The notes beneath the pieces are model-generated. The model saw only the letters and a list, made by a program, of their open reading frames with translations. It did no database searches and was not told the DNA's origin. Shown here one piece after another: positions 40,195-53,316 of a stretch of DNA of 64,000 bases (positions within the stretch are counted from its first letter, which is position 1; every line of letters begins with the position of its first letter). The translations under genes were made by a program, and so were the position numbers. The DNA lies in the NCBI GenBank assembly GCA_964016885.1, contig OZ024745.1, forward strand, positions 26,908,001 through 26,972,000, given 5' to 3'. The stretch is from Eledone cirrhosa (taxonomy: Eukaryota).

Positions 40195-40476
40195 GCGTGT
40201 GTAACGTTTTTCGAAATATTTACTTCTGCGTTCACAGATTGATTTTTTTAGTTTCAGAAGATCCCGTTAAGGGTGAAAGCAGCGATTCTTTGCTTAAAGT
40301 TTAATCTGTTATTTTAATATATATATATATATATATAATCATATATTCGTGTACAGATATTTTTGCATACACAATAACAAAATATAAACAAATGTATTTA
40401 TATCACGTGGCTCGATAAGGATAAATATATAAGAACCCTAGAGCAAATCCCGAGCAACGCCGGGCCATTCTGCAAG
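39864..40476 (+). mobile_element. Non-autonomous Helitron-like element
   Basis: A|TCTATATATCTAAAA start, (CTGT)n, CCGATT..TCAAACTTT, 3' hairpin CCCGAGCAACGCCGGG then CAAG|T (CTAG-like); A/T target. Confidence 0.75.
40205..40320 (+). mobile_element. Solo PLE pLTR family D with variant hammerhead, nested in the Helitron's TA run
   Basis: agttt-CAGAAGA-t-CCC-gttaa-GGG-t-GAAA-GCA..TGC-TT-aaa. Confidence 0.7.
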
Positions 40477-41421
40477 TTATATATATATTTATTAATTCCA
40501 GGCCGTTAAACTTAGTACTATTACATAAATTTCGTTATGCTTGTTATAATTTGTTTACCTTTTTCTATATAAAACTGTAAGTTTCTTAACAGCGGCAGAT
40601 AAAAGATGCAGCAAGCGATCCTTAACGATTCTTTAATAGAAGACGAAACTAGTGACATCCGCATACGTAACGACCGAATCTCCTCTAATCAATTAATCCA
40701 CGGACACTATTTTCATAACCGTATACCTGATTATTCACACATAGGCATACATTCATACGTGTGTGTATATTGTACACATGCTTATGTATGGGTTTATATA
40801 TGTGTGTGTATGTGCGTGTATGTGAGTGTATGTGAGTGAGTGAGTGTTGTTCAAATAACTGGAACACATCGTTGTCGTAACCGACAAAAGTTCAATACAC
40901 ATGGATATATAAACATATATATGTGTGTGTGTATGTGCGTATGTCTGTGTATGTGTGTGTGTGCGCGTGTGTGTGTTTTTTTAACTCCCACTTTAAAACT
41001 CTCCTCCATCAATCCGTTTTTCATGATTTTTTTCCTCTCCTTTTCTCTTCCCGCTCTCACTCTCTCCCTCTCACCTACTCTCTTTTTCTCTCGCACTTTC
41101 TCTCTCTCAATCCCCCTCTCCCATTCACCTACTCACTCTCCTATTCACCTACTCTCTCTCTCACCAACTCCCTCTCTCTTACACTCACACACACACTCTC
41201 ATACACCTCTCTTTACAGTGTGTAGCTCTCTCTCATATTTCATGACATACTAACATTACCGTTGTATGACAGGTTTTATCAGTAACGTCCCAAGTGTTTA
41301 TAAACCAACCTACATACGGATTACATCGCTGGTAGAAAAAAGACAACATATTAAACTACTTATTCTCAGAGAGAAACCATTTCTAGAGGTCTTCTTTATT
41401 TTTATTTTTAATCTTATTATT

Positions 41422-41851
41422 AGGACGGTGGATTAGCAGTGTCGGTATAGCGTCGGACAACATGCTTTGCAGTATAGAGTTACATCCCTTTACGTTCTGT
41501 GTTTAAATCCCGCCGAGTTAAGCTTTGCCTTTCATCTTTACCGGGTCAATAAAATAAAGTACTAGAAATGTACTGGGATTGATTTAATCGACTTTCCCCT
41601 CCCCCAAATTGTTTGCCTTGTGCCTAAATCAGAAACCATTATTATCAATGAATTGGGGGCGGGAGGTTGCCAGTATCGGTAGAGGGTCGGACGCCATGCT
41701 TTGACGCATAGAGTTACGGCCCTTGCCATTCTGAGTTCAAATCCTGCCGAGGTTAACTTTGCCTTTCATCCTTACAGGGTCGATAAAATAAAGTACCAGT
41801 AATACACTGGGATAATTGCTGGCCTTGTGCCAAACGTAGAAACAATTATTA
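41422..41851 (+). mobile_element. Two tandem SINE family A copies (41422-41644, 41656-41851)
   Basis: Family match. Confidence 0.9.
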
Positions 41852-41981
41852 ATATTATTAGTAGTAGTGTTAGTGGTAGTGGTGGTGGCGGTGTTTCGTT
41901 GTGGCGGTGGTAGTAGTAATGTTGTTGTACATATATGTATATATATATATGTACATATATATGTATATATATGTACATATA

Positions 41982-42034
<53 letters not shown>

Positions 42035-42035
42035 G

Positions 42036-42106
<71 letters not shown>

Positions 42107-42370
42107 ATAGGGAGAAAAAGATGATTATTAGGAAGGAAAATATTTTGTTTTCCTTTTATTTTTTTCTCTTTTTTCTGGGTTAGAAAATGTTTAAAACAAA
42201 ATATTTTACTTTATGTGAAGTGTTAAGGTATTAGTTAATTTATTTATTAATTAACAATGGCATTTATTTATTTATTTATTTATATATTTAATAATTGTCT
42301 ATTACCGGTTTCAGCATTTTTTGCATTATCAACGAGGGGAATTTGTATTGGTATAAAATGTTGGAAAGAA

Positions 42371-42547
42371 AATAATTGTTTCTACTTTTGGCACAAGGCC
42401 AGTAATTACCCAGTACATTAACTGGTACTTTATTTTATCGACCCCGTAAGGATGAAAGGCAAAGTCAACCTCGGCAGGATTTGAACTCAGATCGTAAAGG
42501 GACGTAACTATGCTGGAAAGCATGTCCGACCCTCTCCCAATACTTCC
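42371..42547 (-). mobile_element. SINE family A
   Basis: Family match. Confidence 0.88.
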
Positions 42548-43239
42548 AAGATGTTGAACATGTTAAGGAAATGGGAAAGAAAGAATAATATTATTTACAA
42601 ACAAGGTTTTTGAAGTAAAAAGAAAAAAAGAGAGTGATGTGGAACATGATAAGGTAATGGAAAAGAAAGAATAATATTATTTGCAGGCATAGTTCTTGAG
42701 GATAAGCAGTTCAAACTGTGTTATTATGGCAAGAGCGCTTGGTTGGTCCATAATGGAGGCAAAGGATATATATATATATAATTTTACAGTTCTGGTATCT
42801 CAAATTAGTACCATAGAACAACCACTATTATAGACACCATATATATTTCCGTGGGTACCTAGTACCTACTGGAATATCTATATCATTTATCTTATCCTCC
42901 TTAATGTAGAGAAAAAATGCTGTATCATGCTACTATTTCTAGCAGCATGAAATATGAGCGAGTCTATAATTCCCGCTTTTTCTAACGGTCCAATAAGTGT
43001 GTGGGTCATTTTAACGGCTTGATTCATTCACTGGGCAGAGGGTGATATATCTACATCTATACGGACTTATGTCTAGTAGATTTGGAAAAGCCATCTGAAG
43101 AGCTATATCTTTCCATTGGACATTCTCTGAATTTCCAATCTTTTGATAAGCGAAACCGTCGGTCATGGCACTAGAAGAGGTAAATATTTAAATCGTATTT
43201 TAATTTATTTGAAAGATTGTTTAATGTTTACTTGTTCCG

Positions 43240-43323
<84 letters not shown>

Positions 43324-43729
43324 CACACTCAGAGAATATTCATAGATTCAAAGGGTCTGATAACAATAAATTTCGTCAGCAGAGCCAGTCTTAATGGCAG
43401 TTTCGAAGTGAGATTCTTCACCGAGAATCTGGCCATCCTGTCCTTCCTGTTACTTCTTTCAGACATTCATAACCATTCTATGCAGTGCTTCCTTTACTTT
43501 TTAAGATGGTCTGGTGAAATGTTAGAGAGAAATCACTGCTATATTAAGTTGGTCACGTGACAATCTTGTTGCCATCCATAAGGTTCAAGAATGAACGTAC
43601 TTGTATCCCAGATTGCTGAGTCATTTCACTTCTAAAGGATCGGTGGTTCATATTGTGTTATTGTGATTATTTGTGTGACTAGTTGAATACAATGACTCAT
43701 ACCCACTAGCTGTAAATAAGTACTAGTTA

Positions 43730-43872
43730 TTAGCACAGCTGATCTTTTCAATATGATCTTTTCTTTCCGTCAGATCCAGAAAAAGTATATAGAACAACGT
43801 CGTTTTCGCTACATAGTTTTATATGATTTTGTCAAGGCTTTCGATTCGGTGTCACTTAAAGTTATCTGGAAG
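43730..43872 (+). pseudogene. RTE-type RT relic
   Basis: MIFSFRQIQKKYIEQ..YIVLYDFVKAFDSV..IWK. Confidence 0.7.
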
Positions 43873-44129
43873 AGAATTTAACATTTAAAAACTTAAAATG
43901 GTCAGGACTTCTTATTCGTTACGACATATTAAGTGGAAATGCAATTTTTTCACCTATCCTTATGAGAACAAGTGTTATACAGCATGAAGGGTTCCCTCTC
44001 ATCTTATCTTATTTATTACCTTACAGATTTTTTACAATCAGTAACAAATTTTAGATTGAGACTGGTCACTGACCCGAACCCACTGGAGTGGAATTGTGTC
44101 AGTCGCAAAGCCGCAATAATACGTGGAGT

Positions 44130-44335
44130 TATCTTCTTCGCCCACTTATTCCTGGTAGGGAATTGGGCGCCAGAGTCCTCAGGCAGTCCTTCCAGCAGGA
44201 CGTATCAGACGCAACCGTCACCAACTGGTCCGGCTGGATCTTCAAGTGAGACCAACCAAGCTCATTGATGCGATCCAACATTCTTGCTCGGGGTCTACAC
44301 CTGGGTATCCTCCCGGTTGGTTACCCTTCTTGTGC
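44130..44335 (-). mobile_element. Expander/Rex3-like RTE 3' fragment
   Basis: PRCRPRARMLDRINELGWSHLKIQPDQLVTVASD..W..L..LAP. Confidence 0.7.
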
Positions 44336-44510
44336 AATTCTACTGGAAAGAATATATATATATATATAATTGGTGTTGAATGCTTAAAGCGTCCGTATGC
44401 GGTAGGCCGTATGAGCACTCGATGCCCTCGTAGAGCAGAGTATGATATCACAGAAAAAAGAGCATCAGTGTTGCGACGAAAGGAATTTATCGGACATATT
44501 GCAATTGTTT

Positions 44511-44742
44511 CTCGGGCGACCCGCTCGAGGCACGATCGATGTGGTGATCGATGCGAAGTCAGGTTTGATCACCACATCGATCGTGCCTTGAGCTGGTCGC
44601 CCGAGTACAGAATTAGCCGTCGAAACGGCTTGAGCTCAGCCGTCGGGGTCTTACTTACTCCTATTACCCACTCTACTACCCTAAGTATTGAGTACTTTGG
44701 TGCGTTATGGTCCACCTGGTTCCTTACCACTTTTCCCTCGCT
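44511..44742 (+). mobile_element. PLE pLTR-like family C preceded by a ~40-bp GC-rich hairpin
   Basis: Family C match 44605-44742; hairpin 44511-44605. Confidence 0.7.
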
Positions 44743-44886
44743 ATATATATATATATATAGCGTATATTATAATTGAATATATATATATATCTATATATAT
44801 ATATATATTCAATTATAATATACGGCTCGGAAAAATCTCTTTCCTCGAGTTATTTTAGTGTAAGAGAATATTTTGAGTTTCTAACT

Positions 44887-46280
<1,394 letters not shown>

Positions 46281-46417
46281 TTTTCACTGGTATTAGGAGC
46301 GTCTGTTAGATTGCTAGGAAATTAATACCAACCAAACCAAACCCACCGACATTAAAATAACAAATATAAATTACGTATAATTACATGACCATCTATTTTC
46401 TTTACCTTCATCATCAC

Positions 46418-46494
<77 letters not shown>

Positions 46495-46645
46495 CCATCA
46501 TCATTACAACCATAATCATCAACACGAACATCACCATCATCATAATCATCATGGTCAACAGCATTATCATCATCATTATCATCATCATCTTCATTGTCAT
46601 CACGAAAACGTCATCGTCATCATCATCGTCATCATTCATCCCCAT

Positions 46646-46834
46646 TGGTGGATTGGCAGTATCGATAGAGGGTCGGACGCCATGCTTTGACGCATAGAGT
46701 TACGGCCCTTGCCATTCTGAGTTCAAATCCCGTCGAGGTTAACTTTGCCTTTCATCCTCACGGGGTCGATAAAATAAAGTACCAGTAATGCACTGGGTAA
46801 TTGCTGGCCTTGCGCCTATTGTAGAAACAATTAA
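46646..46834 (+). mobile_element. SINE family A within (CAT)n field
   Basis: Family match. Confidence 0.9.
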
Positions 46835-46851
46835 TATCATCAACATATTGT

Positions 46852-47445
46852 AATCATCATCATCACCATCATCACCACCACCATCGTCATCTCCACCACC
46901 ATCGTCATCTCCACCATCATCGTCATCACCACCATCGTCATCTCCACCATCATCGTCATCACCACCATCGTCATCCCCACCATCATCGTCATCACCACCA
47001 TCATCACCATCGTCATCTCCACCATCATCGTCATCACCACCATCGTCATCTCCACCACCATCGTCATCCCCACCATCATCGTCATCACCACCATCATCAC
47101 CATCGTCATCTCCACCATCATCGTCATCACCACCATCGTCATCTCCACCACCATCGTCATCCCCACCATCATCGTCATCACCACCATCATCACCATCGTC
47201 ATCTCCACCATCATCGTCATCACCACCATCGTCATCTCCACCACCATCGTCATCCCCACCATCATCGTCATCACCACCATCATCGCCATCACCACCATCG
47301 TCATCCCCACCACCATCGTCATCCCCACCACCATCGTCATCACCACCATCATCGCCATCACCACCATCGTCATCACCACCATCATCACCACCATCATCGT
47401 CATCACCACCATCATCGCCATCACCACCATCATCGCCATCGTTAT
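46852..47445. repeat. Cryptic CAT/CAC/CGT trinucleotide array with ~93-bp higher-order period
   Basis: 31-codon unit repeated about three times in the minus pseudo-ORF. Confidence 0.8.
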
Positions 47446-47539
47446 CATGACCAACACGTCGTCATCCACATAGAAAAGTATTCTATACATTTAACAGAAA
47501 GTTCAGTTTACTAGTTTAATGTTTAATAAGAAACAATTA

Positions 47540-48227
47540 ATGTGATCTTAGTAGCAGTCATGTGATCTTAGTAGCAGTCATGTGATCTTAGTAGCAGTCA
47601 TGTGATCTTAGTAGCAGTCATGTAATCTTAGTAGCAGTCATGTGATCTTAGTAGCAGTCATGTGATCTTAGTAGCAGTCATGTGATCTTAGTAGCAGTCA
47701 TGTAATCTTAGTAGCAGTCATGTGATCTTAGTAGCAGTCATGTAATCTTAGTAGCAGTCATGTAATCTTAGTAGCAGTCATGTAATCTTAGTAGCAGTCA
47801 TGTAATCTTAGTAGCAGTCATGTGATCTTAGTAGCAGTCATGTAATCTTAGTAGCAGTCATGTAATCTTAGTAGCAGTCATGTGATCTTAGTAGCAGTCA
47901 TTTGATCTTAGTAGCAGTCATGTAAACTTAGTAGCAGTCATGTGATCTTAGTAGCAGTCATGTAATCTTAGTAGCAGTCATGTGATCTTAGTAGCAGTCA
48001 TGTAATCTTAGTAGCAGTCATGTAATCTTAGTAGCAGTCATGTGATCTTAGTAACAGTCATGTGATCTTAGTAGCAGTCATGTAATCTTAGCAGCAGTCA
48101 TGTGATCTTAGTAGCAGTCATGTAATCTTAGTAGCAGTCATGTAATCTTAGTAACAGTCATGTGATCTTAGTAGCAGTCATGTAATCTTAGTAGCAGTCA
48201 TGTGATCTTAGTAGCAGTCATGTGATG
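47540..48227. repeat. 20-bp minisatellite (ATGTRATCTTAGTAGCAGTC), about 34 copies
   Basis: In-phase tandem array without spacers. Confidence 0.97.
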
Positions 48228-48422
48228 TTTTGTAGTCAACCACGTAATACTTACAAATAAACCAACAACCATCTCACTCATGTCAGCATGTAGAAAGATA
48301 AGAACGCTATACCACCATATATATACTCATAGGAATGTATATGTATATATGTATCGATGTTTACATGTATATATGTATGTGTATAAACATGTATGCGTAC
48401 ACACACACACACACATATATAT

Positions 48423-48672
48423 AGGGCGGGTAAAATTCCCGAGATCCATAGACGAGTTCTCTCCAGCGGTCTCTGTCCCTCATTATCGCTGCCATGTCCT
48501 GCGTCTCCAACAGAGGGCATCAACATACGTTAACCTTGGTCTTCCTTTTCCAGTGTGTCCATGCAGGGGCTCCCACAGGAGCACTGAGTGCAGTGTCAAC
48601 TCTGGATGTGGTTGAGCATGTCTAGCTAACCTCAGTCTCCTCTGTGTCACTTTTGAGCTGACTTTTGTGTCT
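48423..48672 (-). mobile_element. RTE-group LINE 3' fragment (different family) next to TA run
   Basis: RRLRLARH..HPE..VLLWEPLHG..GKGRPRLTYVDAL. Confidence 0.75.
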
Positions 48673-48736
48673 GTGTGTATAATTATATATTATTTATATA
48701 CACTCATATAATTACCTATATGCATGTGATTATATA

Positions 48737-48778
<42 letters not shown>

Positions 48779-48887
48779 TTTTTTTTTTTTTAGACGATCG
48801 ACTTTCGTCAAATCGGACCGAGGGAACAATGTTTCCGTTGGTCTTTCCAATTGCTAATACTATCTATCGGTCGCAACTCCAGGTAGA

Positions 48888-49005
48888 AGGAGCAACGTGA
48901 AATAAAGTGTCTTGCTCAAGGACATAACGCATCGCCTGGTCCAGGAATCGAACTCACAACCTTACGATTGCGAATCCAATTATCTAACCACTCAGCCACA
49001 CGCCT

Positions 49006-49010
<5 letters not shown>
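48888..49010 (-). mobile_element. tRNA-derived CORE-like SINE 5' half
   Basis: Minus: GTGGCTGAGTGGTTAG, GAGTTCGATTCC, GTCCTTGAGCAAGACACTT. Confidence 0.8.
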
Positions 49011-49081
<71 letters not shown>

Positions 49082-49175
49082 CATATGTATATATATACAC
49101 ACACATACATACATACATACATACATACATACATACATACATACATACATACATACATACATACATACATACATA

Positions 49176-49223
49176 CATGATGATGGCTGCCCCCTCGTTA
49201 TCGAGTATGGCCATTGCACGAGA

Positions 49224-49268
<45 letters not shown>

Positions 49269-50472
49269 GAATAATCGAGTATCGAAAAATCGGCGCACGA
49301 GTTCACGATAAACAAAATTCGAAATGAGCGGCAGAGGGCTCAATAATTCAGATAAATCAGAGCTATGACTATCGTTAAAATACCGACACACATAGAACAT
49401 GTCTAAAATCAACCATACGACCGAAAAATTACGATCTGGAAGATTCAGGACACTCAGATAAAATATCAATAAATCAATAAATCAAATGAATGTAAAAAGC
49501 ATGCCCGGACCCGCTAGAAAGATGGTAAATCTAGCTTCTTGGGTTTCTGTAAATCCTTAAACCGCCCTCTATCAGCCCACATAAAAATATATAAGACTTC
49601 TAGAAAGCAGCGGACCGGAATTTACTTCCTCAACGAGCTTTTGTCCGAACGAATAAAAAGGCATAACCCAAGTTGAAAAAACGCACATGGAATTCAGCAA
49701 GGGAGATAACCTCTATATCCGCAAAAAATATTCGGGAAAATGTGGAAATACACATATCGAATAAGAGTGATATATATTAAAAACAATAATAATAATAATA
49801 ATAACAACAACAATAATAATAATAACGACAACAACAACAATAATAATATACATATATAAATATACACACACACACGCACACACATAAACATATCTATACA
49901 CACACACACGATAGCAATTAACAGCGCTGCGATCGAATGTGGCTTTTTATCCCAGCCAATGATCTAAAATGTCTTGCACAGAGTCGGCAACCAAAACATT
50001 CACTGGGAATAGCCGGCTGTGGTTGGAGTTCATGTACTTTTGCATGTCGCTTGAGCCCTCCTGCTGATTTACATTCTCTACCACATGTTTGGCAAGCATG
50101 ATGTGTAGCATCTCCAACAGCAGCCTGGTAGTCAACCACTGGTCTTACTTTATGACTGCGAAGATGACTTTCTAGTCCAGCTTTGCTTAGGCAGAGTCTC
50201 GCACAGACGCTGCATGTCAGCATCATAGGAGGACCTTCGCCGTCTGGAAGTGCAACAGCAATGCCCTTCCTCACATTTATGTTAAAGGAAAACGACCGCC
50301 ACATAAACCAAAAAAGAGGTATAAGGATTCCTTGAAAGCCTCTTTGAAAGACGCTAACATCTCTGCTTATACATGCGAAAATATTGCTGCTGATCGTAAT
50401 AAATGGAGAAAGACTGTATATGAGGGAAAAGTTGCCTTTGAGGGATCTCGAATCGCATACGAAAAAGTAAAA
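49176..50472 (-). mobile_element. RTE 3' copy with 5' inversion; 3'UTR split by a ~510-bp insert
   Basis: Tail 49176-49225; ORF end 49918-50275 (-); upstream ORF segment inverted 50281-50472 (+). Confidence 0.88.
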
Positions 50473-50477
50473 CATAC

Positions 50478-51092
50478 ATACTTGGTGGTGGCTGCTAACT
50501 CTTTTTCGAGTACGGCCACTACTTTATATCCATGTAGGAGAAACCCTACCGATGCGCTAAACAAGTGTGACTTTTTAGTTCAGCCAGCGACTTGAAAACT
50601 CTGGTACAAACACTACACCTGTGACAATTATTGACACAGTGCTGGGCACAAGGCACCATATGACGACAAGTGCAGAGAGATCTCCAGATATAAAGCAATG
50701 TCTGTGCCGTGACGCTTTTATAGTGAGCAAAGGCACTGCACAAAGCCAGTCCCACTCTCTTAACCAAGATGATATTTACGAAAAAGAAGAACAAGTCAAC
50801 ATCATCGGATACCATTAGGGTTGCAGGTGTTATATCAGAGTTTTCCTTCTCCTAAAATTCTGCCTTGACAAAGGCTAAAGGGTGATCTCTCCCGGTGATT
50901 TTGAATGGCCATTGACTCTTAAGAACTCTTTTGACCTTTGACAGGTTTTGTTTTTAGTCCTGCAGGATGTCCAAAGTCACCCTCCTCACCAAGAAACCTT
51001 GGTGGGGTTGCCAGTTTAGTCGCCAACAACCCGACCATGAGACAGGTGGTACTGGGATACATGTTACCAGTAGCACCAAGTGGTGATCTGAC
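50478..51092 (-). mobile_element. Full-length bipartite RTE derivative
   Basis: Reverse complement of 10968-11577; CATA repeats on both flanks. Confidence 0.88.
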
Positions 51093-51196
51093 ACATACAT
51101 ACATACATACATACATACATACATACATACATACGTACGTACATACATACATACATACATAATACATACATACATACATACATACATACATACATA

Positions 51197-51314
51197 CATG
51201 ATGGCTGCCCCCTCGTTATCGAGTATGGCCATTGCACGAGAAGAAAAAAAACATAAAATAAAATTTAAAAAAATATTAATAATAATAATAATAAATAAAA
51301 AAAAAAAAAAAAAA

Positions 51315-51353
<39 letters not shown>

Positions 51354-51518
51354 CATATATACATACACACATACATACACATACACTCACACATATACAC
51401 ACACATATATTAATAACAATAATAATAATAATAATAATAGCAATAATAATAATAACGACAACAACAATGATAATATACATATTCATATATATATACACAC
51501 ACACGCACGCACATAAGC

Positions 51519-51550
<32 letters not shown>

Positions 51551-52770
51551 GATAGCAAATAACAGTGCTGCGATCGAATGTGGCTTTTTAGCCCAGCCAA
51601 TGATCTAAAATGTCTTGCACAGAGTCGGCAACCAAAACATTCACTGGGAATAGTCGGCTGTGGTTGGAGTTCGTGTACTTTTGCATGTCGCTTGAGCCCT
51701 CCTGCTGATTTACATTCTCTACCACATGTTTGGCAAGCATGATGAGTAGCATCTCCAACAGCAGCCTGGTAGTCAACCACTGGTCTTACTTTATGACTGC
51801 GAAGATGACTTTCGAGTCCAGCTTTGCTTAGGCAGAGTCTCGCACAGACGCTGCATGTCAGCACCATAGGAGGACCCTCGCCGTCTGGAAGTGCAACAGC
51901 AATGCCCTTCCTCACATCCCGCTTTACTTTCTCGTATGCGATTCGAGATGCCTCAGAGGCAACGTTTCCCTCATATACAGTCTTTCTCCATTTATTACGA
52001 TCAGCAGCAATATTTTCACATGTATCAGCAGAGATGTTAGCGTCTTTCAGAGAGGCTTTCAAGGAATCCTTATACCTCTTTTTTGGTTTATGTGGCGGTC
52101 GTTTTCCTTTAACCAACTCTCCATAGAAGAGTTGTTTTGGTATTCTAGAATCCTTCATCCTGGCAAGGTGACCACTCCAACGGAGTCGTTGCTTAAGCAC
52201 AAGAGCTTCTATACTGTCACACATAGAGCTTTCCAAAATCTCGACATCGCTGATGTGGTCCCTCCAGTGAACGCCATGGATCCGTCTGAGACACATCTGA
52301 TGAAAACGCTCCAATTGCTTAAGGTGGCGTCGAAATGTGACCCAGGTCTCGCAGGCATAAAGAAGACAAGAGAGCACACATGCCCTGTACACCTTTACCT
52401 TTGTCCTCCTGCATATGTCTCGCCGACCCCAGAGTCGCCTTTCTAGCTTTCCGAAAGCATCACTTGCTTTCCTAATCCTAAGTGAGATTTCACTGTCAAG
52501 GTTGCCGTATCGATTGACAGTGCTTCCCAGGTAGACAAACTGATCAACCACTCCAAGTCGTTTGCCATACACATAGATGTTTGGTTCAGTGTACTGCTTA
52601 CTAGGGGCAGGTTGGTACATGACGACGGTTTTCTTGAGACTGACAGTCAAACCCAGGGCAGTGCAAGCGTCAGAAAATGCATTCAAAATGTGCTGCATAT
52701 CACTCTCTGTGTGCGCTACAAGATCGCAATCATCTGCATACAAGAGGTCTCTGATGATTGATGTAAATAC
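51197..52770 (-). mobile_element. 5'-truncated RTE copy in (CATA)n
   Basis: Nearly identical to 18356-19928; starts at FTSIIRDLLYADD. Confidence 0.95.
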
Positions 52771-53048
52771 ATACATACATACATACATACATACATACAT
52801 ACATACATACATACATACATACATACATACATACATACATACATACATACAGGCTGTTAGGTAATATAAAACGAAAACATAAATAGAAGCTGAAAGGCCG
52901 TTTGAAAATATTTACTCACAGCATTTCATTGCCTTTTTAATCGTATACAAATTATAGTGAACTTTTCTTTAATACTATCATGTTGCCTGGTTTTTTAACC
53001 TTGGGCTGCGTTTCGTTTTTTGTTATGTACACACACACACACACACAG

Positions 53049-53144
<96 letters not shown>

Positions 53145-53146
<2 letters not shown>

Positions 53147-53232
53147 GGCTCCGACTCTTTCATATAACCGTACTCTACTACCCTAAGTATCGAGTACTCT
53201 GCTGTGTAATGGTCTAAACAGTTTCTAACTGT
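53145..53232 (+). mobile_element. Old family C fragment
   Basis: ACTCTACTACCCTAAGTATCGAGTACTCTG; begins at GGGG after (TA)n. Confidence 0.6.
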
Positions 53233-53245
53233 ATGCATGTTGATT

Positions 53246-53311
<66 letters not shown>

Positions 53312-53316
<5 letters not shown>

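Noticed and set aside
46352-47490. Met-rich and His-rich ORFs
   Set aside because: (CAT)n-derived arrays interrupted by a SINE
47540-48227. CRISPR-like array
   Set aside because: No spacers, eukaryotic context, no cas genes
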